Origin: Anthoceros angustus
Taxonomy: Eukaryota > Plantae > Anthocerotophyta
Reading direction: 5' to 3'
NCBI GenBank assembly: GCA_010909165.1
Contig: MU008206.1
Location: forward strand, 336,229-400,228
DNA length: 64,000 nucleotides
The first letter of the stretch is position 1, and the number at the start of each line of letters is the position of its first letter. Position numbers and translations under genes: made by a program. The notes under the pieces are model-generated. The model ran no database searches and was not told the origin of the DNA. It was given only the letters and a program-made list of their open reading frames with translations. Positions 51,201 to 63,257 of this stretch are shown here, piece by piece.

Positions 51201-54200
51201 CTATGGAGGGGCCCAGCGAAGGAAGCATTCACATGAGCCAGAGAATGGAGCTAGGGGGTGACATGGTTTTGGAATTGGAACAACCCATGGATGTCTCTAA
51301 CATCCGTGGCGACTTGGACACTTTGGGAGAGGTGTGCCGCATGTGTGAGATAGCAAGGATCTTGGATGTGAGGAGGCTTGCCCATGTTGTAGCTACCCTC
51401 CTAAGTAGGGCTACCCTCATAAATCAGCGGGAAGGAGTAGAACTAGGTACCTTTAGGGTGTTGGGGCCAGAGGGAACGTGGATAGGAAGAATTAAGGGCA
51501 GCTCAAACTAGGATTTTAGAGCTAGAGTCAAGTGTAGGTAGGCCTTAAAGAGAAAGGCGACTTACATGGGAGCTTGAGGGAGTCGTTGAGGCATCAAGAG
51601 ATGGTGCAAGAGTTGGATGGCATTATGGTGACACGCACTAAGGAGAAGGAAGGATGGGTCTTGGAGAAGAGAGGGATGCGAGAACAAGTCCAACAATTGG
51701 TGTGTGCCATGGCGATGGCCAAGAAGGATGTAAAGGAGGTCCAGCCTTGAGACTAAGGATGAGTTATTAAATGGCAAGGACCTCGAGGTAGGAGAATTGA
51801 GAAGGAGAAGGAGACCCTACAAGAGTCATGGGACTCCTCCAAGCGGAGTTAGAAGAAGCCAAGGCTGTGGTGAAGCTAATCGTAGGGCCTCGCAAGAGGA
51901 AGAGAGTCGCAAGAAAAATGAGACATGGTACGCATTGCTGGTTGTGCGTAAGAGAAGGTTCAGAGCCGATCATGCCTTGCAAAAGAGGATGTTGAGGCGC
52001 GTCCATGATGCGGAGGAGAAGTATCATGCTATGTCCATACAAGTGGGGCAGTTGGCTGTGGAAAGGGAGGCTTTGCAAGAGAAGTGTGGGACGGGCGAGT
52101 GGCCTGCAGACTTGGAAGATTTGAAGAACAAATATCGCAACCTACAGGTTAATTCGGCCAATAGACCAGAATCAAGGCTGATCTGGTAGAGCTTTGAGGG
52201 AGAGGTTGGCACCCCCACGGTGATGATAGAAGGATGCTAGAAGCGTAAGGTTTGAAGGTCATGGACCTTGTGACCCAAGCGAGACGGTGGAGTCATGAGT
52301 CGAATGGGAAGAAATGAATGAGCAAGCCGTAGAGGATGACTCGGAGGAGGAAGAGGAAGGCATGGAGCAAGATCCGCTCACGAGACCTTCTTTGGAGGTG
52401 TGGAGGCGGAGGGCCATGAAGTTGACCCTACGTCGGTAGGGAAGTGACCCTTCAGTAGGAACTTGACCCTACGTCGGGAGGTGTAGAGGGTGGCCCTACA
52501 TCCGTGGGATCCCAGGCGGTGCAATGGCGGTGGATAGAGGTAATTGAAGAGGGTGGTGGTAGCTTGGAGTGGGGCTCATTGCTTGGGGGATAGGACAATG
52601 TATGAGGCCTATGATACTTGTAGGTGGAGTGCAAACCACAGAAGAGCATGGGTCTCTTCTCCACCAAGCTTTAGATTTCATGATGTGGAGTGTGTGGCTC
52701 GAGCCTAGCAGGTGGGAGGCGCGTTGTGGAATCAATCTTTGAGGCAAGTGGAGATTTATAGTAGATTGGTTAGATTTGGAGTGAGAACTCTGGGATTTTG
52801 GTGCCATTTCATACTTATTGTTAAAATAGGGAGATTGGAGTTTTCTAAAATTTGTCATGATGGCAAAGCGAGTGGGGTAGTGGCTTTGTCTTGGCTTAGG
52901 CGGCTATTGGTTTGTAGTGGTTGAGGAAGCATAGCGAAAAAGTAAGGGGAGGTGTGGCCAAGGGAGGCCTTATGTATGAGCCCTATGAAATGATTGAGAA
53001 GAAAACATGTCTTGCGCTCCCATCAACCGAGTCCTTCGCTTTGTGTGTAGGAATTCTGGTAAGCCAACGCTCTGTAGAGAGGGATGAGAGAACAAGTCCA
53101 ACAATTGGTATGCCATGGCGATGGCCAAGAAGGATGTAAAGGAGGTCCAGAGCCTTGAGACTAAGGATGAGTTATTAAATGGCAAGGACCTCGAGGTAGG
53201 AGAATTGAGAAGGAGAAGGAGACCCTACAAGAGTCATGGGACTCCTCCAAGCGGAGTTAGAAGAAGCCAATGTGGTGGAAGCTAATCGTAGGGCCTCGCA
53301 AGAGGAAGAGAGTCGCAAGAAAGCTGAAGACATGGTACGTCGCTTGATGGTCGTGCGTAAGAGAAGGTTCATAGCCGATCATGCCTTGCAAAAGAGGATG
53401 TTGAGGTACGTCCATGATGCGGAGAAGAAGTAACTATCACGCTATGTCCATACAAGTGGGGTAGTTGGCTATGGAAAGGGAGGCTTTGCGAGCGAAGCGT
53501 GGGACGGGCGAGTGGCCTGCAGACTTGGAAGATTTAAAGAACAAATATCGCAACCTACGTTAATTCGAATAGAGGTAGCTAGAATCAAGGCTGATCTTGG
53601 TAGAGCTTTGAGGGAGAGGTTGGCACCCCCACGTTGATGATAGAAGGATGCTAGAAGCGAAGGTTTGAAGGTCATGGACCTTGTGACCCAAGCAGAGATG
53701 GTGGAGTCCGATGAGTCGGAATGGGAAGAAATGAATGAGCAAGCCGTAGAGGATGATTCGGAGGAGGAAGAGGAAGGCATGGAGCAAGATCCGCTCACGG
53801 GGGACCCTCTTGCAGTGGAGAGTGTGGAGGCGGGAGGGCCATAAGAAGTTGACCCTACGTCCGTAGGAGGTGTAAGAAGTTGACCCTACGTCCGTAGGAG
53901 GTGTAAGCAGTTGACCCTACGTCCGTAGGAGGTGTAGAGGGTGGCCCTACATCCGTAGGATCCCCAGGCGGTGCAATGGCAGTAGATGCCGCGGAGGTAA
54001 TTGAAGGGGTTGGTGGTAGCTTGGAATGTGGGCTCATTGCTTGGGGGATAGGACAATGTATGAGGAGGCCTATGATACTTGTAGGGGTGGAGTGCAAACC
54101 ACAGGAAGAGCATGGGTCTCTTCTCCACCAAGCTTTAGATTTCATGATGTGGAGTGTGTGGCTCGAGGAGTGTGGAATCTGGGGCCTTGTGGAATCAATG

Positions 54201-56540
54201 AGAGGCAAGTGGAGGATTTATGGTAGATTGGTTAGATTTGGAGTGAGAACTCTGGGATTTTGGTGCCATTTCATACTTATTGTTAAAATAGGGAGATTGG
54301 AGAGTTTTCTAGGCTGATTGTCATGATGACTGAAAGCGAGTGGGGTAGTGGCTTTAATGCTGGCTTAGGCGGCTATTGGTTTGTAGTGGTTGAGGAAGAG
54401 CATAGCGAAAAAGTAAGGGGGAGGTGTGGCCAAGGGAAGGCCTTATGTATGAGCCCTATATAAGGGGGCAGATTTTGAGAAGAAAAACATCGTGTCTTGC
54501 GCTCCCATCAACCTGAGTCCTTCGCTTTGTGTGTAGGAATTTCGTGCCGGCTGCAAGCCAACGCAGTGTCTGGTAGAGAGGGAGAACGCGACGGTCGGAT
54601 TCTTTGGGCGGAGGCTTGCTCTTTCGGGCGCCCGCAGTTGCTCCCCTTGTGAATGGTTCTTGTGTGAATTGTTTTGCTTTGGGTGTGTGGCGATGCTCAA
54701 GGAACTCTCGGCTTGAGGGTAGACTACAGGGAAAGGGAGGACTCCTAGAGGTTCTCATTGCAGGTACAAACCGCATGTAGCAACCGCCCAAGGAAGAACT
54801 TCGTTAATTCGGTGTCAAGCTAGAATCAAGGCTGATCTGGTAGAGCTTTGAGGGAGAGGTTGGCACCCCCGCGATAGAAGGATGCTAGCGAGAAGGTTTG
54901 AAGGTCTGGACCTTGTGACCCAAGCGAGATGGTGGAGTCGATGAGTCGAATGGGAAGAAATGAATGAGCAAGCCGTAGAGGATGATTCGGAGGAGGAGGA
55001 AGGCATGGAAGGCAGATCCGCTCACGGGGGACCTCTTGCAGTGAGATTGTGGGCGGAGGGCCATAAGAGTGACCCTACGTCGTAGGAGGTGTAAGAAGTT
55101 GACCTACGTCCGTAGGAGGTGTAGCAGATTGACCCTACGTCAGGTAGGAGTGTAGAGGGTGGCCCTACATCCGTAGGGATCGCTGCATGGCAGATCTGCG
55201 GAGTGGTGGAAGGGGTTGGTGGTAGCTTGATGTGGGCTCATTGGCAGGGGATAGGACAATGTATGAGGAGGCCTATGATACTTGTAGGGTGGAGTGCAAA
55301 CCACGGGAAGAGCATGGGTCTCTTCTCCACCAAGCTTTAGATTTCATGATGTGAGTGTGTGGCTCGGGGCATTTGTAGGTCTTCCCGTTGTGGAATCAAT
55401 CTGAGGCAAGTGGAGGATTTATGGTAGATTGGTTAGATTTGGAGTGAGAACTCTCCGGGATTTTGCCATTACGAGTACTTATTGTTAAAATAGGGAGATT
55501 GGAAGTTTTCTAGGGTGATTGTCATGATGGTAGCGAGTGGGGTAGTGGCTTTGTCTTGGCTTAGGCGGCTATTGGTTTGTAGTGGTTGAGAGGCATAGCG
55601 AAAAAGTAAGGGAGAATGTGGCCAAGGGAGGCCTTATGTATGAGCCTACATGTAAGGGATTGTAGGAAGAGAAAAACATCGTGTCTTGCGCTCCCATCAA
55701 CAGGTCCTTCGCTTTGTGTGTAGGAATTTATCATGTTTGCCATGATGTCTGGTAGAGGAGAAGCGGATTGGATTCTTTGGGCGGAGGCTTGCTCTTTCTG
55801 ACGTCACACTTGTTGCTCCCCTTGTGAATGGTTCTTGTGTGAATTGTTTTGCTTTGATTTGTGTGGCGATGCTCAAGGAACTCCTCGGCTTGAGGGTAGA
55901 CTACGAGGAGGACTCCTGGAGGTTCTCATTATGCAGGTACAAACCGCATAGGCCCAAGGAAGAACTTCGTTAATTTCCGGACGGGACCCCGAGGCGGTTG
56001 TGCGTAAGCGATTGGAATCAATGAGCGACAATCGTGTTAGAGTAGGAGATTGTGGAAGAAGGAAGGTTAGATGAGTAGAGAAGAAGAGGGCGTTTGTTGA
56101 TTGAGAAAGTTGTGAGGAGAATTAAAGTGTAGGAAAAGCGGAAGGCCACAGGCAGAGCCTACGGGACGAATCCCAAATCTGCAGTAAGAGGGTGCTCCCT
56201 GTGTGGAGAAGAGTGGTCTTAGGAGTAGGGACAAAATTGCGGTGTGGGTCAGGGGGTCCCTGGACGCCCGTGATAGACTTCTTGCTGCTAAGACATGACC
56301 TACAATTGTGTGGTGTCGGTGTAGGTCGAGGATTGGTGGATTTATGAAGCAGTGCAGGTGGTGTAGCTGCTGTAGAGGGAGTGTGAGAGGGCGCCTTGCT
56401 TGTTTAGAAGGCTGAGGTAGTGTGTAGGTGCAGGCAGTGATTGATTTCTCAAGATCCAACCGTTCCACAAGTCTCATGGGACGAAACCCAACGTACGAAA
56501 CGACAGTGGGATAAGTGTGGCCACTAGAGGGTGAATCTCG
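48211..56540 (-). mobile_element. Stack of rearranged gypsy-family (Tat/Athila-like) non-coding and extra-ORF segments
   Basis: 48211-48610 resembles 56130-56540. Plus-strand frameshifted ORFs encode a possible plant-mobile-domain-like part (49900-50600) and coiled-coil/acidic parts. A block is shared in inverted orientation with the gag/integrase element at 56540-62076. Confidence 0.55.
51670..55970. repeat. Three imperfect tandem copies of a 1.2-1.7-kb unit
   Basis: Copies start at ~51670, ~53079 and ~54819 (partial). Shared anchors include gaagagcatgggtctcttctccaccaagctttagatttcatgatgt at ~52643, ~54106 and ~55307. Confidence 0.88.
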
Positions 56541-59500
56541 GAAGCCCCGAGGTTTTCCTCCCACACCTGGAAGCCTCGGGGTTTTCCTCCCACAGTCCGC
56601 CTACAAGCCAGCAAGTTCTTCCTTGGGCCGGTTGCTATGAGTTTGACACCAGACAGCGAGAACCTCCAAGGAGTGTTTCCTTGCAGTCTACCCTCAAGCC
56701 AAGAGTTCCTTGGGCATCGCCACACACCCAAAGCAAAGCAATTTCGCAACAACCATTCACAAGGGGAGCAACTCGTCGAGGCGCCTGCAGGGAGTGAGCC
56801 CTCTACCAAGCACTTTGACCACCGCAAACTTCCTCTCTACCAGATACTGCATTGGCTTGCAGCCGGCACGAAATTCCTTCACAAGGAGCAAAGGACTCGC
56901 GAGTGTGGAAGTGCAGGATGTGATACTTTACTTCACAAAAACTCCTTCCTCTTATAGGAGGGACCTCACATCTGGCCTCTCCCTGGGGTGCCTCCCCTAC
57001 GCCGCCTTACACATTATTTTAATGTATCATACCGTCAGGCTTTAAGTCCTGACACCCGGGTCCACCGGTTCATCCTAAGTAACTTTATGATTCTATTCTA
57101 TTCTAGTAGCTTTCACCTACTTGAGCCTTTATGACTCCTATCAAAGCATTTGCCTACACTTGTTCCTCCCTTCTCTCCCCCCGTTCAAAACACTATCCTA
57201 CACACCACTACTTAGCTAGCAAGCATTTATGCTTATTTCCCCCTGTGGTAGGTTCGCCCCGGTCACCCAGAGCTAGCCTAAGTGGCCGCACTTATTCCAC
57301 GGTCATCGAATACATAGGTTCGATCCCAAGAGACTTGTTTGGATGCGCTTGTCTAAGAGGTGTCGGCTTCTACTCGCTCACGGATTTTGCTCACAATTCT
57401 GTCACAAAATTCTTCACCAATGGCGGATTTTGGGTTGGCTGGCCCCTCGCTCCGCCTCAAGCCTCCCAGATTCCTCTAACTCCTACACTCAGAAAGACTA
57501 CAACGACAACATTCCAATATTTCAACCTTGCAAACTCTTTCTCCAATCACCAACCTACATATGACAAACTACGCGAATCGCTCTTCGGCTGGCTGAGTGA
57601 TCGAATCGATGGGGTTTTGCTTGGGCCGGGGAGTCAGGGGTTATAGCGTGAGTGCTCTTGGGTGCAGGGGCTGCAAGGTTCACTTCCATTGAGTCCCTAA
57701 TGTTAGTGCTCTGCAAGATGCCAACAAGCAAGCAAGCACATAGCAATCTCAAGGTGCAGCCTGCACCAGGAAACAAGAAGCTGGTCAAGAGGCGGGCGCG
57801 CGCGTGCCTTCCCTTTGGCTCAGCACCTCCGATCAACCTCGTTCTCCCCCTCTGACGTGCTATTTGGTGGACGGCGATCGGCCGCGCGCACTCTCACAGC
57901 AAGGGTACGCCGCTAGGGAAGAACCACAAGGATTGATGTTGATATGGCTCCCCTTTTATAGGTGGAGCGATCTCTCAAAATTGTGGGTAAGGTCCAGCTC
58001 ACTACTGCTACATCTTCTAGTCATCTCAGTTGCTCCCTCCCGCAAAATAGGGTTTCCCTCTTAAATATGGGCCCCACTTTGATGTCAATGTCCAAAAAAG
58101 AATGCTTCCACCAGTCATCCTATGAATTGTCCTACCAGCTAAGAGGTCCGCCTTCGGTTACTTCTTCTAACTTATGGGCTATCGCCCTCATCTTCAGCGG
58201 GTTGCTTACCTCCTCTCGATTTGGATTGTTCGTCGGAACTGCCCCTGGTTCACCTCCTACTTTCGTCCGTTCCAAAGGTAGGCTTGGCCCTGGGGAAGAA
58301 ACAATCTCCCTGTCTTCTCTTGTAGGAGGTGCTCCTCCTACCGATTCATCTGTAGGAGGTTTCCCTCCTACCACCTTGTTTGTAGGAGGTTTTCCTCCTA
58401 CCATCCCATTAGTAGGAGGTAAACCTCCTACCTTTGTCATCCCTACAGGTAACGTCCCTACGACGCTTGTAGGAGGTCGTCCTCCTACCTCTTCACACCC
58501 ATATGTGGACTTAGGTAGCTCCACAGTTCTCTCTCCGGGGGCTTGTCCCCCTCCTTCTTGTCCTCCTTCTGAGGGAGATGAATTCCCCTCAGCCTCTCTA
58601 GTGCCTATCTTTGTAGACGCACTGGTAGGATTAGGCCTACCTCCCTCTTCCTTGTCCGATACTCCCACCAAGGAAGGTCCTACCGGGGTGGACCCGGGTA
58701 ATTCTTCACTCGCTTGTCGGGCTATATCTAGCACAGCCCTCCTCTCTTCATACCATCCAGCCACCTCGGTCTCTAAAGCTGCCATGCCCTCAGGCATTAG
58801 GATGGCCAGATCCGTCTCCTCTTCCTCCTCATTGTATCTTACCTCAATGGCTTCCAGGAGGTTGTTGTAGTAAGTGGCCACTCTGCAACTTTCTCTCTTC
58901 TGTGCGTCCATGATCCTAACTCATAGTGGGTTGACGCCCTCCTCCCACTCAGCCATGTTTGCCACCTTCGTTACAGCAGTCTCCCTTTTGATCTTCGCTC
59001 TTTCCAGTTCCAAGGTGAGCTTTCCAATCTCTTCATCTTTTTGCTTGGCATCGGTCACCAAAGCGCTTTCTATGTCTTGTGGCTCTAGCTTATTCCTCAC
59101 GAGCTGTCTGCCTCCGGTGTGTCGGACCCGTCGGACGTCAGCTTCTACAATTCCTTTTCGATCCGTAGAGGCATTGGCAGGTCATTCATTCATCGCTGCT
59201 TTCAGGTGAGTTCCCTTATGATGCGGAGCTCCTCCCTAAGTCCTCTAGCCATGTTATCCCATTCCTGCTTCTCACTTGCTAGACCATCGGATTTCCCTTT
59301 GTAATACTCCTTCCGTTTGTCCATGGCCAACAATCTCTTCTGTAGGAGGTCCTTTTCATCTTCAAGGTCCTTTCGGGCCTTGCTGGCTGGGTAGTAGCTG
59401 CCTCCTTCTCTCGATTCACTTCTCCCACCCTTTCTAGGGCCGTTCTCAAACGTTCCTCTGCCTGATTCTTGACGGCTTCCATCTCCTCAGCCTTCTTGGC

Positions 59501-62076
59501 TGAACTGGCTTCCCTCCCCAAGACTTGATCTATCATTTCCCACACGCTCACCAACTTGGTGGTGATCTTATCTCGCTCTTTGGCCAAATCCACGACAGAG
59601 TACTACATTGCGGAGGTTGTCTTCAGAGCTCCCTTGAGCTTCTTCTCTACATCCTCCGACTCTTTCTTCACATCTCAAAGTTCTGCACAAACTTTGGCTG
59701 CTTCTCTCAAGCATCTGTTTACTGCCAGTATTGTAGGGAGTTTGTTGGGGGGTGTGCCCACAGTTTTGTGGACGCCCTCGACCATGAGTGGAGGAAGCAA
59801 AGGTGGTGGAGGTCAATCACCCCACAGCTGCCAGCAGTATGTGAGATATGGGGAGAAGCGACGAGGTGAAGATGCCGAGGCTTTTGTGCGAACTTTTGAA
59901 CATGTGTCTCATGCGAATTTGGAAGCCTTAGTCACAGATTGTCTCCGAATTTTTCTTGGAGTGCTTCAAGGTCATGCTTAGTAGCGGTATAGTCGCACGT
60001 ATGTGGCTGCATCACCGTTGGATTGGGATGATTTGAGAACTGTAGTTTTGAACCGATTTTGTGGCATGCGCTATGCACATCACATTTTGGTCTGGTTGAG
60101 GACTCTGCGAAGGAAGAGGAGGGAGTCTTTGTATGATTATGTAGAGGGGATTTATGGTTACTTGGAGAGAGTACCACCACAGTCGCCAGAAGGATGTAGC
60201 CTTCTGCAAAAGCAAGGCCTATGATATGACCTTTCTTGATAAAGGTTTGGGAAATAGCGTAAGAAGGAGTCCAGAGGGAACGAGCTAGAATCTGGTAAGG
60301 TAGCAAAGATTTCTAAGTGTAGAGGTGTAGGAAGAGTTTAAGAAGTTGCAGGGAAGGAGCATGTGAATGCAGGTTTTATTTTTCGACTGAAAATTGGTGA
60401 GCGGATTGTGGCTGCTGATGACCGATTTCCTGACGAGGAGTTGGTAGCAGTAGCACGGTTGGAAGGAGAGGAATGTGGTCAAAGTATAGGTATGATTGAG
60501 GCTATGCAACAAGAGGTGTTATGGCGGAAGAGACCAAGTAATGTCGTGGAAGGGTTTGTCTGCGAGGGTTTCTTGCGGGAGTCAACCTAAGAGTTCGAGA
60601 TGAAGCCAAGAAGTGGCAACATATGTACAAGGAGAACGAGGAGTGCTCTTTAAGGGTGAGCAGTCAGGAGGGCTGCAAGTGGAGGCCACGATGGTGGCAA
60701 GGAGCAATGAAGATACTGCGAAGAAATCGCAATTTGGAGGAAGGAGAGGTGGCACACGAAAATGGTGTGCTGAGGAGGTGTGTGCGCTAGAGCCCAAAAG
60801 CGAGGATGGCTCTATGGTGAGGTGTATGAAGGAGGATTGTGGAGAAATTACACCTCAAGGTGTGCTTGCAGTGGAATTGCAAGGAGGAGCGTCGACCGAT
60901 TCACGGTCGACTGCGGAAATTGCTGCCATGGAACTGCAGCAAGGTGAGGAGATTGCTGCTAGAGCGTGATCTGGGGCAAGTCATGAGAGTAGGGAGCATA
61001 GAGATGAAGAGGTGGCAATGACGCCAATAGATGCACAGGTCGACGACCTACAGGCACAGATGCCTGCAACATTGACGTTGCAGGGAGAAGCTAGTTTTGT
61101 GAACCGAGTTGAAGGCGGGGCTGTGGCCACAGCACCGACATCCACTGGTGAAAAGGCTAGAGGGAAACGGCGAGGTGTGCATGGGAAGAGGAGGTTAGAA
61201 CGTGAAGGACTCCCATGTCCACATTATTTGTTGAACGGTGAGGTACGAAATTTCTTGGATCACAGAATCATGCTGGACAGTTTGTTTAGGGAAGGGCGTG
61301 CTATTTTTCTTCACAACACCGCACCCTAATGTCTACAAAAGGGAGTGTTATACAAGCTTGGTCCGGATGAGAAAATTTGACATTGTTTGGAAGCGAAGGA
61401 GCTTCGCTTGTCATAGAAGCTCTGCATGCAGAAGAGGCTGGAGGGCATTACTCGGTGCAAATCATGGTGAAGCAGATCCTGGATGCAGGCTTTTGGTGGG
61501 CTACGATGCAGGGAGATGTGTGGGATTTTGTTCGGAATTATGTGATGCATGCCAGCGGGTTGGGAGGCCGACTTTGTCGACACAGTGGCTTCTTACTTAC
61601 ATCCTACCTTTGGTACCTTTCGAGAAGTGGGGCATAGATTTTGTAGGTCCAATCAAACCACCCTCAAAATGGACAAGGAAACAATATATCTTGGTGGCTG
61701 CGGACTATTGTACAAAGATGGTGGAGGCTGAAGAAAAAAGGAAGGACGACGCACCAGCGGTAGCAAAGTTTCTCTTTGAGAACATCATAATACGGTATGA
61801 ATGTCCATTGGAGTTGGTCAACGACAGGGAAATTCATTTCCTCAACTCGGTGATTGAGTCTCTCACCACCTACTTCAACATTTGGCATCGAAAGACGACT
61901 CCTTACAATCCTAAGGCAAATGGTTTGATGGAGAAAACAAATGGGCTGCTGTGTACAATCTTGACCAAGGTAACTTTGACACATATGTATGATTGGGACA
62001 CTAAGCTCCATTCTATGTTGTGGGCCTACAGAATAGCAGAGAAGGGGACAACCAAGAAGACTCCATATTATTTAAT
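56540..62076 (+). mobile_element. Ty3/gypsy-derived element with degenerate gag and integrase but no recognisable RT/RNase H
   Basis: Gag-like 59784-60300 (EDAEAFVRTFE...DWDDLRTVVLNRF...RESLYDYV). Integrase 61400-62076 (H..EAGGH, CDACQR, PFEKWGIDFVGPI, LVNDREIHF, HRKTTPYNPKANGLMEKTN, LWAYR). An antisense coiled-coil ORF lies at 58132-59800. Confidence 0.8.
58322..58488. repeat. 30-bp-period palindromic coding repeat (GTAGGAGG-N4-CCTCCTAC)
   Basis: Units at 58322, 58352, 58382, 58412 and 58469, with a degenerate unit at ~58442. Confidence 0.9.
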
Positions 62077-63200
62077 GTATGTGTGCCTGTGCCTGCTCAT
62101 CCTTGTCATGCCGTGTGATACTAATCTCTGCACTTGGGTTTAGTGTTTGATTAGCATTAATTAATTTAATTACTTATCTTTAAGTAAATAATTAGTGTTA
62201 ATTAATCTAAGGTGCTTATGTTAATCAAGCATTGATTAGGGTTAATTAATCTAATGTGCTTATGTTAATTAAGCATTGATTAGTGATAATTAATCTAATG
62301 TCAGCAATAGCTAACTGGATAAGCTCAAGTAATATGCTTTGGCATATTCCTTGCATATGATAGTGTATTCTTAGAATACAATAGCTAAGTGGATAAGCTC
62401 AAGTAATATGCTTTGGCATATTTCTTGTATATTATAGTGTATTCTTAGGATATTTCCGGCATATGCTGATGCCAATAGGATATCTTAGGAATATGCGATG
62501 CGAAGCTGGTATATATAGACCCTTCCATTGAGGACAAGCTCAGATCATAACTTGTCCTCTACATATGCAATGCAAGGGTGTTGTGAGGAGGCCAAAGCTA
62601 TGACTCCGAGAGCGATTTGTGAGGAATTTGCATGTTGTTCTCGTGGGGAGAGTGTGTTTGTGCCACGATGCGCGAGCTACTCCCTCTGTTGTTACAAGCT
62701 ATGATCTCGTTATTGTACTACTAGGTATGCTAGGCTTAATGTGATGCTAGGCGTGCTAGGTGATGCTGAGTGATGGTAAGCGACCCTAAGGCGATGCTAG
62801 GCCGTGCTAAGCGAGGCTAGGCGTGACGGCAGCTCTTAAGCAAGTAGAGGAACTCTCTAAAGTGTGCCCAAGGCTTGAGGCCTGGGAGGCCCAAGGCGAA
62901 GGAAGGCCAAGTCCCAAGGCTTGGGCCTGAAGGACAGTCAAGGAGAGGAGGCGAAGAAGCCCAGAGTCAAGGCCAAAGAGGAGGCGAAGAAGGAGTCAAG
63001 GCCAAGGAGGAGGCGAAGCCCTACCAGGAGAGGAATGAGGTCTCCACAAGGGGGGTTGGCCTTTTAAGGCCAACCAACCAAGGGAGAAACAAGAGTATTT
63101 TACTCTTGGGCGCCGGATTTCAAGGGATAAGGGAAGAGTGGATAGGCATGGGTATGTCATCAGTCCATTTGATTTCACTTTCTATCCAAAACTCCTAACT
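62077..63200. mobile_element. Probable LTR or other repeat interrupting the integrase, with internal ~39-bp and ~71-bp tandem repeats
   Basis: Abrupt switch at a TG after TPYYLMY. attaatctaa.gtgcttatgttaat repeats at 62195-62300; caatagctaa.tggataagctcaagtaatatgctttggcata occurs twice at 62305-62450; TATA-like at ~62510. Confidence 0.55.
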
Positions 63201-63206
63201 AGTTAG

Positions 63207-63257
63207 CACCCCATCCAGGTTCTGATCCACCTCACAGGTGCTTAACTCTGGAGTTCT
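63207..63257 (-). promoter_or_regulatory. 5S rRNA-derived internal Pol III promoter-like segment (A box and C box)
   Basis: Minus strand reads agaactcc-ag-AGTTAAGC-(23 nt)-GGATGGG. Plant 5S has agaactcc-gc-AGTTAAGC-(23 nt)-GGATGGG. The flanks are not 5S. Confidence 0.65.

Noticed and set aside
56467-56530. Hammerhead ribozyme (GAAAC words next to hairpins)
   Set aside because: No CUGANGA core could be placed on either strand.
54420-57000. DIRS/Ngaro element, suggested by inverted repeats (56600-57000 versus 54420-54800)
   Set aside because: No tyrosine recombinase is visible; better explained by oppositely oriented copies of a gypsy family with a DDE integrase.
58322-58488. CRISPR-like array of palindromic repeats with variable spacers
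   Set aside because: Linkers are only ~10 nt, the period is a multiple of 3 inside ORFs, there are no cas genes, and the context is a eukaryotic retrotransposon.
63207-63257. Functional 5S rRNA gene
   Set aside because: Only ~50 nt show similarity; the 5' and 3' helices of 5S are absent.
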